Source of the DNA: Sarea resinae
Lineage: Eukaryota
Length of the DNA: 64,000 bases
NCBI GenBank assembly: GCA_026026165.1
Contig: JAPEUD010000046.1
Span: 1-64,000 of the forward strand
Direction: 5' to 3'
Below the pieces are notes generated by a model. It was given only the letters and a program-made list of their open reading frames with translations, was not told the DNA's origin and made no database searches. A program made the position numbers and the translations under genes. Below, piece by piece: positions 37,849 to 50,917 of this stretch. Each line of letters opens with the position of its first letter. Within the stretch, counting starts at the first letter, position 1.

Positions 37849-39566
37849 ATGCCACTCAAAGGTATCCTCAGGAAAAAGGAGCAGATCGTGGATGAAGACG
37901 TCAAAGAACATGCAAACCCTCCCGCGCCGCCGGGATTCACCTTCATGCGCACGACGACCAACACTCAGGAGATAATAGAACCGCCATCCTTTCCTTCCCG
38001 AGGGAACACAGGGATCACTCCCCCCGAAGAAGGCCAACAGCACCTCAAGCTAAAGAGAAGACCGAGTCTCTTTCGTCGTGCCTCATCTGCTACGACTCAG
38101 GCCCCGAAGCGAAGCCCCTCTGCCGTCTCAACTTCTGACAAGCCCAAGAGAAGCGTTTCGCAAAGACTACATCTGAAGACGAGACGGCACACGACTATCG
38201 CAACCTCTCACGCCTTGCTGGACTTACCGACTATAGATGCAACGGCGGAGACTGAAGAGGAGAAGGAAGCGAAATGGGAACAACGGGCAACACTCCTGGC
38301 GAGAGGAAACGCGAATGATCGGCCTGGCTCCTCGCACAGCTTCTCGGATGTTGTTGATGAAAGCACCATTGGACTGGCGGTTAGCGAGCCAAGGAGCAGG
38401 AGAGGGAGTGTCAGTGATGCTGCTGGTGATGTATGTGGAACAAAAACGTCTATGGATGGATAGAAACTTACGCAGTCATCGCCACAGGACCATATCCAGG
38501 AAGCTATCAGGTTACACGAAAGTGGAGGTGAGCCAGCCCAACGGGCGTGCCAAAAGCAAGCGATTGGAATCTAACCTTAATTTCTTCTACAAAGATCTTG
38601 AGAGATCGACAGCCATGTTTGGGCGGCTTGCGGATCCTGAAGGGGCAAACAACGCTCTGAGTCAAGTATTGTACGGTCTTGCCTTGAGGTAGGAATTCTC
38701 CTCACCATCTTTGTATTCCGGGCTCATTGATTTATCACAGACACGGCTGGGGATGCCCCGCGGATCCTTCAAAAGCGATAACGTACTTTACATACGCGGC
38801 CTCGAACAGCGCGGACGTTGAGGCGCAGGCACTTTCATCAGGATTGAAAAGGGGTGGTTCGGCCAAGGGCGAACTCGTGCTTGCCATCTTTGAACTGGGC
38901 AATTGCTTCCGTCACGGCTGGGGCGTCGAGAAGGATCCTCCAGCCGCGAAGCAGTACTACGAAACAGCCGCGAATCTAGGCGACACGGACGCCATGAACG
39001 AAGTCGCATGGTGTTATGTGAACGGATTCGGGGTGAAGAAGGACAAGGTTAGCACCTCTCTTTGACGGTTGATGTGAATGCTGCTGGCCGATGCTGCAGG
39101 CAGCAAATTTGCATGCTTCGAAGCGCCACACGTTGCAAGCGATGAGGCTGACATGTCCGCAACGTTAGTATGCGGCTGCAAAATACCTACGACTGGCCGA
39201 AAAACACGGAGTCAAGACTCTAGGCAATACATGGTTCGTTCTTCCAGTTCCCATGCCCGCACCCGTCTCTGTGCCCGACTCCATCTCCGTCCGTCTTTTT
39301 CCATCTCGCTATGTTCTATCCCTACGAGCAAGACTTGGCCAGTGGCACATATGATGCATTCGAACATCCGTCCAGCTGTTATTTTCCTTGCTGTCCTGCT
39401 ATGCACTGTCTCACTTCTGCCCCTGCCCTCTTCCAGCCGAACCCCGCCTCCGCTGCCTCTGCCCTAATGTACCGATCCCGGTCTGATCTGACACGTACAC
39501 ATCGTACTAACGTGTTCGCCCGTCCGATTCGTCAGGATCTGGAAGGAGAAATACAACCCCAAATAA
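37849..39566 (+). CDS. SEL1-like repeat protein (Dsf2/Nif1-related family)
   Basis: IQEAIRLHE, YGLALRHGWG, ELGNCFRHGWGVEKD, YETAANLGDTDAMNEVAWCY, AAKYLRLAE, IWKEKYNPK. Five introns. Confidence 0.85.
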
Positions 39567-40689
39567 ATCCCCGGCCCCCAAACCAAGCAAGCAAACGAAC
39601 GAACGAACGATCATGCGAACCATCGAGCGGACGATCGATCGGCCGAGCGAGCGAGCGAGCCAACGATGCAACGAGCGCAGTCGACGAACACCACCTCAGC
39701 CGCAGCTACGACGTAGTAGATGGACGCATGGGCAGCATCCCTGCTCGTTGGTTTGGCCGCTTGCCGCCTATCCATGGTTGCTTCATCGTTGCTTGCGTAT
39801 TTTGCATGCGTAGAGTGCATACTTAGATATTCATGGGCCTCGGGGCTAGATCTCGATCGATCACGCGTGTTCGCGAACCGCCCCGCACCGCCGCACCGCA
39901 CCGAACCGTATGCACTGCACGGGCTCGCGCGCGCGCGCGCAAAGGAACCAGCACAAAGGACAACACCACCACCACCTCTGCCTCCACCTCCACTTTCATT
40001 ATCACTATCAAGGCTCGAGTCGCTCTCGTGCAGTTCCTGAAACGAGATGATTTTTTTGCGGGGGCTCTGGGGAGGGGGGGAGGGGGGGGTTTCTTGTCAC
40101 CTGCTTTCGTCCCATCCCATCTTTACCCATCTATATCCTGCCGCTAGCCTGCCAGACAGACATTTAGGAAAAGCCAGCGCATCAATTTTTTTGGTTCACT
40201 TGCTGACTTGCGCGCACCTGCGACCTCCTCCGTGCCCCATTCCCCACGCCCTCGTCATGGTCGTAAAGCCTCGTCCTGATTATCTCGTCCTAAGGCGTCC
40301 TGATTACCCCATCCTATGCTATCCCATGCCATGCCATGCCATGCCATGCTGATATCTCCCGACCACGGTTCCGGCCACGACTCCGGCCACGGCCACGGCA
40401 ACGGCAACGACACGGGCTATCCCCTGCTCGCAAGCAAGCCCTCCATACTCTGCAGTAACTGTTTGTTCGGCTCCGCCCTCCCCGTCTCCACGTCTCCACG
40501 TTTCCGGCCGCTATTGACATCTCAGGGCACATACGTACGAAGTACATCCATGTTGCGCAATTCAAGCACACTAGCACTTCTGCTCTGCTCTGCTCTGCTC
40601 TGCTCTGCACCCACGAACGAACGAACGAACGAGAAAGTAGGTAACGAACAGATGGACTCAGGCGGGGTGCAGAGGCATCCATCCATCCG

Positions 40690-41778
40690 TCTCGGTATCG
40701 TTTGGTGACGTTTGGTGACGTTTGGTGACGTTGGGCTTTTGACCAAGGTAGGCTGGTCTTGCATTAAATTTTAGTTTTTTTTCGGCACGTGGGCGTGCGT
40801 CGTCGTCGTGGTTGTGGATTTGCATGTGGGCGTGCGGTAGGGCTTTGGGGGTGCGCATGAACGCCTGTCTGTTTGTCTGTCTGTGCCTTCCCTAGCGATC
40901 TGTATCTTCGCTCTATATTCCTTACCTACCTTACCTGATATCCCTATACCCCTATCCCCCTCTATACCTCTATGACTTGTTGCTCATTGCTTATTACAGC
41001 TAGGTGAGTAAGTAAGTAAGTAAGTGAGTGAGTGAGTGAGTGAGTGTGTAAGATAGTAGGATAGCAAGCGAGCAAGTAAGTAAGTAAGATAGTAATTTAA
41101 AGAAGTGATCAACGGTTTTTTATTTTAAACTTTTTTTGAAGGGGATTATTAGGTACTTGTTTACTTACTTGGCTCTTTAGGAAGAGAGAGAGGGAGAGAG
41201 AGAGAGATGTTGTGTTTAATACTATCCTATTCTATAGAGTAAACCTCTCTCTCTCTCTCTCTCTGTCTTTTACACTCTCTTTCTACTCTCTTCCTCTCTT
41301 CCTCTCTTCTTCCTCTCTCTTCTCTTTTCTTTCTTACTCTCTTACTCTTTTCTCTCCTCTCTCCTGTCTTTTATTTGTTTCCTAGAAGAAGAAGAAGAAG
41401 AAGAAGAATATAGAGAGATATATATATAAGAGGTAGAGGTGTAGAGAAGAGGTGTAGAGAAGAGGTGTAGAGAAGAGAGGTAGAGAAGAGAGGTAAAGAA
41501 TAGAGGTGTAGAGGTAGAAAAAAGAGATAGTAGTAACAATATTATTACGAGATCTCTCTCTCTATAAAACACCTACTCTCACCTAAAAGAAACCCCTCCT
41601 ATAATACATCCGACTAAAGCCCTTAAGAGTACCTATCTACCTTACCTACCTACCTACCTTACCTACCTACCTACCTTGCCTACTTACTTACTCACTCACT
41701 CCAAATAACGATAGTAAGAGAAGAAGCTAAGACTGGAACCAAAAAATAATTTCAAGATAGATATAAGATATAGAGTCT

Positions 41779-41831
<53 letters not shown>

Positions 41832-41870
41832 TGTCTTTATTGTATCTTAGACTTGGGGTTTGTACTTGTG
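40690..41870. repeat. Microsatellite-rich, AT-rich intergenic block
   Basis: (TTTGGTGACG)x3, (GTAA/GTGA)n, (GA)n, (GAA)n, GAGGTGTAGAGAA units, (CCTA)n, and a long (CT)n near 41783-41826. Confidence 0.9.
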
Positions 41871-42689
41871 TTATCTTGTGTCATCTCGTGCTCGTGCTCA
41901 TGCTCATGCTCATGCTCGTGCAGTGCGCTATAACTAGTAGTTCTAACCCCTAAGCATCTGGGGTTCAGTCAGTCAGTCAGTCAGTCAATCCGCTCGATAC
42001 TGCGTGGTGGCTAGCCAGAAGTGTAAACACCTCTACGTCCCTAGGCTTACGCGGGTGGGTGTCCACACTTCTGCCCAGGGACTGTAGCTTCATGATTCAT
42101 TTATTTCTTCATTCATACAATCAATCAATCATTCCATCAATCATTCAATCGCCAACGAAATAATGCTAAAAAAAAGTGTGATGCCTTTCTTCGTTATGGT
42201 AACCTATGTGAGTGAGTCGGTGATGTACTGTAGTATCCCTAATTTGCTGTACTTTGTTTGTTTGATCTGATAATCAATGTTCCATGCCCTTTCAATCCCA
42301 TCCCATCCCATCCCATCCATGCCAAGATCCCTTCAGTAAAATGTGATGCGACGAGTTTCCATTCGTGATATTCGTCCCATCCCAATGCCTGCCTGCGCTC
42401 GTCCTCCCCGGCGATTCATTTCCCACGATAGCCACCCAACCCAAATCATAAAACATGCCATCCAAATTCGTGATTAGTCATGAAGAGTTCCTCCCGGAAA
42501 CAAAAGAAAAAAAAAACACAGCTTTGAAACTCGATTCGCGCGCTCGCTGACTTCGCTCGACATGCTTGCTGCTCGACAAGAAAAAACTAAAAAGCAAATG
42601 ACCACACGGAAAATAATAGGAAATTCTGGAGATGATGTCGTAGATGACACTGTCGGATGCGAAATGGGTGGACTAATCAAATGCATGGC

Positions 42690-44737
42690 TCAGCCGATGC
42701 TGTCATCATTATCATCGCGCTGTTGCTCGCCGCTTAATTCGGACACCATCTTCGCAAAATCGCGAACCACTTCGGTGGGGATCTTGTCCCACATCAAGGA
42801 CCTCGTATAGACTTCAGCAGCCGAGTCCTTGTTATCGCGACGCATCGCCGCAAGCGTCTCCCCAAGATTTCGCCGATGAGGTGACGTCGAGGGTTCGGCC
42901 TCCCGTAAGAAGTCCTGGGACGTCACACCGTTGTATTGGTCCGCCGATAGAGAGAAAAGCTGCTCGCCTTCCTGTTCTTTGGTCGGTGCGGACAATTGGT
43001 GGTGCAAGATGTCCAGAGTCGAGCCAGCCATGCCGTTCCGATCGGTGCCGCTCATGGTTGGATTCGGCACCGGCCATGAAGTTCCCGATGGACCTGGTTC
43101 GAGCGCTTCGACGCGACCGACGGCAGAGAATCGAGGATCCGACGGCTGTACCCCGGCGTCTTTGAAGATGTTGTCCAGCACCGTCGCCGATGCGGCTCGA
43201 ATGTCCTCTGGCATCCGCGGGATGGGAGGAGACGAAGTCGCAGAGCTCTTCGAGGCAACAAAGGCACCACAGAGCAGGAGCTGGTGTACAATTAGCTGAG
43301 AACGTTCCGGAAGAAAGATTCGGTACATACCATGAGCAACAACCCGGAAGCAGCAGGTTTGTCTTCCTCGTTGATTGAAATCCTCTCCTTCTTTGGCGGT
43401 TGGACGATGAGTGAGGTTTGCGGATGTGACTCCGGCTCCGAGGCAAAGTCGTTGATGAAGGAGAAGTCATCCCATGCACTATCTTCCATGGTGAGATTGT
43501 CCATGCCGGAGAAGTCGGTGAAGCCAGAAGAGCTTGGTGCGGCCGACATGCTCGTGCTTTCCATCTTTTGGATGTGCTCGGTGAGGAAGGCGTTCTTCTT
43601 GCGAAGATCTCCGGTTTCGAGCGTGTGACTTCGGACCATCTCTTCCTTTTCCATGAGCAGAGTGTCAATGTACTGTTTGTACTGCTGCTGTGACGCGTTC
43701 CACTCTTCCTTTTCCCGCTCGTGCTCCTGATCTCTGATCCGGAACTCAGCTAGGCTTTCTTCGAGGTTAGTGATGACCTCGGTAAATTGCTTCTTCTCGT
43801 CTTCTAGCCTCTCGGTATGCTGCTTCTTTCGTTGTCGGGAGTCAAGGCTTCAAAAGTCAGCAAAGGAACATATTCACGCGGGAGATAGGGGATCATACGC
43901 AGCCTGTCTGTTCCTCAGGAGTCGCTTTTGCTGTTTCAGCTCTTTAATCTCATGATCGTCTTGTGAATTGGCAATCAGCTGGTCGATGTTGTAGAGATTT
44001 CGCTCCGCGGGGATCTCGAAGCGGGCATTCTTCTTGCGAATTCCATCGCGTCTCAAGTGCATCGACGTATGTGCTCGAGATGGACTGGACGGTCGCATGC
44101 GCTTTGGCATTGATCGAGGTTCCATACTCTCTGCCGATGCCATCGACATCCAATCCTTGGTGGAAGAATGGGGCGAAGGTGGAATGGAAGGATTCGTAGC
44201 AGTACCGGCCGGAAAATCCGAATTCGGTGCCGCTGGATTTCTTGGGAGACCGCTGAAAGTAGCTGAACCCATGGTACTCGGCACGTACGCTGCAGATAGC
44301 GTGCTTTCGTACTCGGAAGGGAAACCTTCGTAGACGGCGGTGGGTGTGCATGAGCCTGAATCGCCTTCCATGGCCCACGCCGAGTTCTGCTGGCCATAGG
44401 TGGCGGCCTGGGCGGCTTCTAGGCGCATGAATGGATTGTTGCTCTGCTCGAAAAACGGATTCGTCGAAGCGGTCGAATGGCGGTCGGGACCGCTGATGAT
44501 GTTCTCGTCGAAATCCCCCCAACCTGCACCGGGGTCTTTTGGTGAGAAGATGGCGGCGGCATCAGCGAACGAGTCTCGCCTCTGGCCGAAATGTGGTGAC
44601 ATGGTGATTGAGTCGTTTAAGATGTTGTCGTCCAATATGCTTGAGTCATCGTCCTCGAAGAACTTGTGTTTGCCATCAAGCGCCGCTGTTTGAGAGCGGA
44701 AGATGTCAAACGAACTATGGCGAGCAAAAGTCGCCAT
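42690..44737 (-). CDS. ada-1: bZIP transcription factor, Ada-1-like
   Basis: RRDGIRKKNARFEIPAERNL, KELKQQKRLLRNRQAA|LDSRQRKKQHTERLEDEKK, HTLETGDLRKKN. Introns 43848-43898 (AAG acceptor) and 43281-43330. The orthology name is recalled, not verified. Confidence 0.8.
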
Positions 44738-45248
44738 GACTAGGTGTGATCGATGTTATCGGCTCGACCTGTGCAGGAAAGCCAAAGATGCGGTGTAGTT
44801 CGGGTAGTGGTAGCAAGTAGCACGGCAAGGTTGCGGGGCTGTGCCGGTCGGAAAGTCACTGAAAGGCGAGTCGAGAGATGCTGCGACGCGCGACGAGGGA
44901 GGAGAAGTCGTTGTCGTAAGATGAGATGTGCGGTATGGAGAACAAGATCAATCAAGGAAGACCACTATCAGAATTGAAGCGGCAACAATGATATGATGGT
45001 GATGAAGATGCCGTGAGATGACTCTGAGTCGGCGTCAGATAATTGATGGGTGCAATGTTGGAGCACGTTCTGGTGAACGACAGGAACGAGCAGTCAAAAG
45101 CTTCTGCGAGCATTCAAAATGATAAACATGCAAACGGGGATGGTGGGACGGGAGGGCCGGTCTATTAATTCGGTTCCCGTTATGGGCGAGAAGCATACTG
45201 TAGGGTAAGGCAGGTCGACGAGCAAGGTTGTTGAGTCGAAGAGTAGGT

Positions 45249-45328
45249 GAGCAAGCAGCAAGCAGCAAGCAGCAAGCAGCAAGCAAGCAAGCAAAGCAGG
45301 CGAGCAGCCAAGCAGACAAGCAGGCAGG
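45249..45328. repeat. (AGCA/AGCAAGC)n simple repeat upstream of the bZIP gene
   Basis: GCAAGCAGCAAGCAGCAAGC... run. Confidence 0.85.
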
Positions 45329-48300
45329 CCTCGGGCCCAGAAAGATGGGGTGGGGAGAGTCACAGTCCGAATTAGCGTAGCGTAGCCTCCTTCGAAGTCG
45401 ACAAGGTCAAGTCCGCTGTAAGGTCAGGTAGAGTGAGGTGAGGCAGGGTCGGGCAATGGCCAGTCAAGTAAAAGGGACTCCCCGAGCACGAACCAGTCGT
45501 CGTCCGCCCGTCAGTCAGTCAGTCGTGCCAGAGCCCACACAGCAGAGAGAGACGGACGAGAGAGGACGAGACACTGGAAGAGAGAGAAGAGAGAGGGCAG
45601 CCAGCAGAGCCAGTGGCAGCGAGGGATCCATCGATAGTGGAAGCAGAGTAATAATAGTCGCAAGCGGTACGCCGGACAGGTATTCCTGCTGCCAGCCAAG
45701 GCCGGTCGGTACCTCGACCTTGGGTAGCCCAAAGTGGTCAGTCAACAGGGCGGGCCCGGTCGGTGCACGCGAGACGCGGCCGCGACATCTCATTCGATGC
45801 CCTCCCCGAGCCTGACAGACGGTGCTGGGTATCTTTGCAGCAGACCGACCGGGGGCGCCGGGGATGGAACTGGATAGGAACGGGGGTGGGAGAAGAGGAC
45901 CAGGGGGGGTGGATGATGAATGGAGCGAGAAGGGCGGAAGGGTGGGAAGGGAACTCTACGTAGTAGAGGAGGGAGGGGGGATGCCCGCACGAGTACCATC
46001 TCGATCGGCCCCGACCTGCGGTGATAGGCTGTCAAGCTTCTTCTAAGAGCGGTGGAAGACGCACGCTGGCCGGCGGGTGATGCACAGTCCCGGCCGCCGT
46101 CACGACTATTGGCGAGTCCCGACATGTACCAGAAAGAACAGGATCGAGTACAAACTAGAGGTGAAGCGCAAAGTACTATCGATGCACGGCAAGGTCAGGT
46201 AGACAAGGGAGTCAGACGAAAGAGAGCAGAGCATCGCAGAGCATCGCAGAGCATCGCAGCGCAGAGCAGAGCAGATGATCGCTTGAGTAGGTACGAGTGA
46301 GAATCTCATAAGGAGCAGAACGCGCGCAGTAGAGAGCACGAATGCGCTTCTATCAATCAGAGCATTCAGGTCTGCAGCGGTGCTGCTCTTCTCCTGACAG
46401 AGTGTCCTACCTCTCGAGGTCGTCGGGTGAGTACTGAGTACTCGTAGAGTAGAGTAGAGATGCCGCCATTACCTATCGGTGACTCCAAAGCTTGGCGCAA
46501 AGATACCTCTCGATACGCCTGTCGATCTCGCTCTCGTTCTCGACCGAGGCCTAAATCAGAAAGTGAAATCGTACTACCACCAAGGGTACCGAGTACCAGA
46601 GGAGAGATCAGATTACTTGCATCGGCACGGGAGGCACGAATACTTGTCGACAACGGCCAGAGCCATGACCTCTGCCAGGTATGATTCTCAGAGTTGCTAC
46701 AAGAACAAGAAGCTCCGGCAAGGGCAGAGACGGGCGGAGCTCGCCGACGGCAGTTCTCTGTAAGATCATTGAAGATCCGAGCATCGTAAGATGGTTTGAC
46801 ATTCTTAGGCGAATCTTGCGAGATGGGAAGACGAACCCCCATCTTTTTCCAGGTCTGGTACGGGCAGGGCACGGTACAAAGCAGTCACCGTCTTTTGCGA
46901 CACCTTCACGCGCCATCGGTCGGTCGATGTTTAGTAGACACTTGTAGTCAGCCCCGGTGTCTTCCTTCGCGTGGGAGGGCGAACGAGGGAGGGCGCGAGG
47001 ACGAGGGGCGTGGGTGTGGGCATGGGCGTGGGCGTGGGCGCGGGCATCGTGGAGATAGAGGGGGGAGGCGGATGAGGATGTGGTGGCTTTGACTTTCGCC
47101 TGACCATGGCACACTCCCATTTAGTACGGGAGTACGGAGTAGTCGCTGGAGTACCTTGGTCTTCTCTTCGCCGGCTACTATGTAACGTACCTGATGGATA
47201 CGGTATGGAGCACTTGCGACGGACACTGCCGAACCAGAATCCCTCATTCCCCCAAGATGATTCCTGTTTCGTTCCCTTTGACCTTTGATTGATCCCATCG
47301 ACGCAAGCGTGATAGGTGAAGAGGTGATGTAGACGTGTAGACGGCGATCTTCACTCTAACGCGCGCACTCCGTCCTCTACCGTTTCCTGTCTCTCGATTG
47401 ACACGGAGCCACCGAGTCTGTTCCGTCCCAAGGTCTCAGGTCTCACGGTCTCGCGTCGCATGGATGTCTCACGCCTCACACTCCGCCCGATGGATAGGGA
47501 TGCCGTCGGGGCAGCTGGAGGCCTCGAGCATGGTACAGGACAAAGTACACGCACAGGGTCAGGGGAGTTTGGGTTCGCGTCAATTCAGTCCGTTCCTCTT
47601 ACGGAATCTGGGATCTCTCTCAATGGGATGAGACGAAAGGGCCGAGCCGAACCTTCGCTCTTCTCCATCGATTCGTTGTTGCGGAAGAGTGATACTGCCA
47701 AGGTGATATACATCTCCCACCCGCTACCTACCAGGTACCCACCTTGCCTGCCTCCGGCGTACATATGCATGTACAAAAGGCGTACCGGTAGGGTCTGCGA
47801 GTACGACAGAGTATACTTCAAAGGTCGAGATCATAGAGCGATCGCAAAGCGCGGGAAGGCATGGACATGGGCAGGGACAGACGACCGCGAAAAACATGCA
47901 GACAAGCATCCCAACGGCTGCCATCGTCATCCAGTGACGGTCCTTTCCTCTGCCCCGGCGCATCCTATTCGTCGCGCGCGGCGGTGACCGGGATCGTCGT
48001 ATCAGAAGCCCACGGTTCCACCCTTCCGGCTGTAGCAGAGCATGCCAATCCCCATCCTCCATCTTGCTTTTGGCTCGGGAGATCTTCTGGTCATGCCAGG
48101 GCACCTCCATGAGTCACACAGCCTTTTCCCACCAGACTACTCCGGAGTATGCGTAGTACGGACGCGCTCCCGTCTGGAGCAGGCCCTCGGTGCGAACGTG
48201 AGAACCCATCTCCCTCGCAGTAGTATCCGTAGAACGATACCTAAGGTATTTACCTTAGCTATGGCTCCAGCAAATTGGCGTGGCCTTACGCTGGGTATTG

Positions 48301-50917
48301 CATGTACCACTCACTAAGTCTTGCCGGTATGAGGTACTACTACGAGTGCATCGAACTGTCCTTCTACCGCAGTAGCATGGAATCGACGATCAGCATGACG
48401 ATAGGATAGCATATCCACGATAACCTTACCGGTCCCTATTGCTCCATGGTGACAGCCAGTCGGGATGGATGAATACTGATGGCGCAAAAATAGAGTCGTC
48501 GAAATCAATTCATTGCTCCCGCTGCCCTTCCCGCTCCCGTCTCCGTTTCCGTCTCTCTCTCTCCCTTCATCCTCTTAAAACCCTCTCTCTGATCGCTTTC
48601 CAGATGTGGAATACGGAGTCACCATTTAGCTCCTTTGCGAGGGAGCGGACTTGTTTCACCATCAAACGTTGCTGGGCAATACCATTGCGCTCTCCTCACC
48701 GCCTCACATTTTTCCGTTGAATAATCGTACATTGGTGCCCAGCTTCGGAATCACGAAAGACGGTGATGATGTAAAGCCGTAAGGGCCCCGTTGCGTCGGG
48801 CCCCGTAGTGGTACTGCCTACCTTAGGCTGATTCAGACAAATCTCCAACATCGTCAGGTTGACAGCAGTCCTTCATAATGTAAGCCCGAGTCATCTGTGG
48901 CCGAGACAGACACATCAATCCAATGTACGAAGTGGTGAGCGAGGCTTTTCTCCCCTCGGCCGCCTCGTCCATGCAGTACAGAATGGGAATTTGGCATGGA
49001 TCCGTCAGGGCCGAGGTCCAGGAGAAGAGACGGAGGGTGGAAAAGTCAGCCAGAAAGCAAGCGAGCGAGCGACTCAAGAGACCCAAGAGACGGTTGAATT
49101 CGAATATCAATTGTGTCTGTGGGCGTGTGAGAGTGTGTGCGTGCACCTCGAGGCTGTCTGTGTCTGGGCCTCGTGAGTGCGTCCAAAGAGGCGTTTGGTT
49201 TCCATGGATGGTTTGGTTCATGCATCATCATCTGCGTCGGTCTGCTCGCTGCATCTACAGTAGCAGGTTGGGGTCCCTCCAGCTAGCCCGGAAACGGTTG
49301 CAGTATACGAATCGGGCACACGGCCACCCCAAGTCGACTTACATCTCCTGCCTATCAACAGACAAGACAACAGCCAACGTCAAACATTGGAACACAGAAG
49401 AATCCATCCCATAATCCCACACCCTACCCGTCCCCATCCCCATCCCCATCCCATCCGCATTTCATCCCACCCAAGGCCCTGATTTTCCTCCCAAGCGCTT
49501 CCTTTTCATTGGCAAGGCCGTCCAAGTGCCGTGCCGTGCGCCGTTCTCTGTGGCCTCGATCCTGCGCTGCTGACCGGATTCGCAGAAGAAGCCGTCTTGG
49601 AAGAATTCAGAAGACCAAGCCACTCACCCTCGTCCCAACGACCTGTCCCCCGCCCCCATCTGTCGCCCGAATGAGGCTCGCATGGGAGTAGTAGGGCCGT
49701 GGCTGAGTTGACAAGTAAAACGAAGACTTATCTGAGCCTAATATGATCCAGATAGTTGGCTGTCAGTTGTGTAATGATGTCTTCATTTTCCATGGTGAGC
49801 GTGAGGAGAAGATGCTTGAAGCTGCCACCGAAGACGGGAGAAAGACGCAGGCTGGCCGATGCTGCCCCATACTTCTCGTGTGCGTCCCAATGACCAAGTT
49901 CATTTTCTATCCTGCTGATCCTATTCCTCCAATCCTCGCAAAAGGCTGCACGACGATCAGGAACAACTTCCTTGAGCAGTTACACAGGTCTCCTGATAAC
50001 AACAGCGATGGACCATGAAGTTTGGAGGGACGGCCGTTGAATGTTATTCGTCAGAGCCCTATCCGGCTGTCCCCTGATCTGATCATCGATCATCGATCAT
50101 CGATCGTCATTGGCATTGGGACGGGGACGTACGAGTTCTCGGAGTACGGATAGAGACGACAATATCTAACCCGCCTTTCCGGCTGACCAGAGTGGCTGCG
50201 GCTCTTCGGCCCAAGTTGGCTGTTAGGGAATAGACAAATGAACACAACTACTGATAGGATACGTGAATGCTCCTTAAGCGTGGCCAATGGACTCACTTTG
50301 TTGATGATCTCTACCTACCCTCGTAAATCATCCACCGCGCAATTGGTAAAAGTAACGCATTTTCTATATCATAGTTGCTGATTGAGAGACGATTCACGAT
50401 GTTGTCAGAGCTAGTAGATCTTCAGTAGAATGTAGGTAATATTCTCAATTCACGATGTATGATATTCTATCTCGCTCAGTGATATTGCCTCCTGCCAAAC
50501 CCAAGTAGAGCAAACGCCATTGGTAGCAAACGCTGCGACGATTAGTCGAAGCGCTTCCTCCGTCTGGACCGCTCAGACCATTACTACAACCCTAGGCCAT
50601 ATTCCCTTGATATCAAGACGCCAAACCCCGATGGTCCAAAGTCCAAAGACTCAAAAGCAAACAGAGGCTGGGAGATGGAAATAGAGATGCCTGGAAAGCT
50701 GGCTTGGCTTTCCATCTTGACCGAACATGGATCTATCCTCCTCAGGTAGCGCCACTAGTCGCAACCAAAGGTAAAAGAAACAATGCTGAACACCGCGTAT
50801 CTGTATGTACTAGCAGCTCATGCTCCTTACAAGAGCTGAATGAGATGTCTAAGGCTCGTATAGATTGACTTACGTCAGAATGTGGTGTCGTGACTGAAAT
50901 CTTGTCGAACCTGTAAA

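Noticed and set aside
39234..39535. Possible C/D snoRNA in the long last intron of the SEL1 gene (ATGATGC ... CTGA)
   Set aside because: Imperfect C box, no terminal stem and no recognisable rRNA antisense element.
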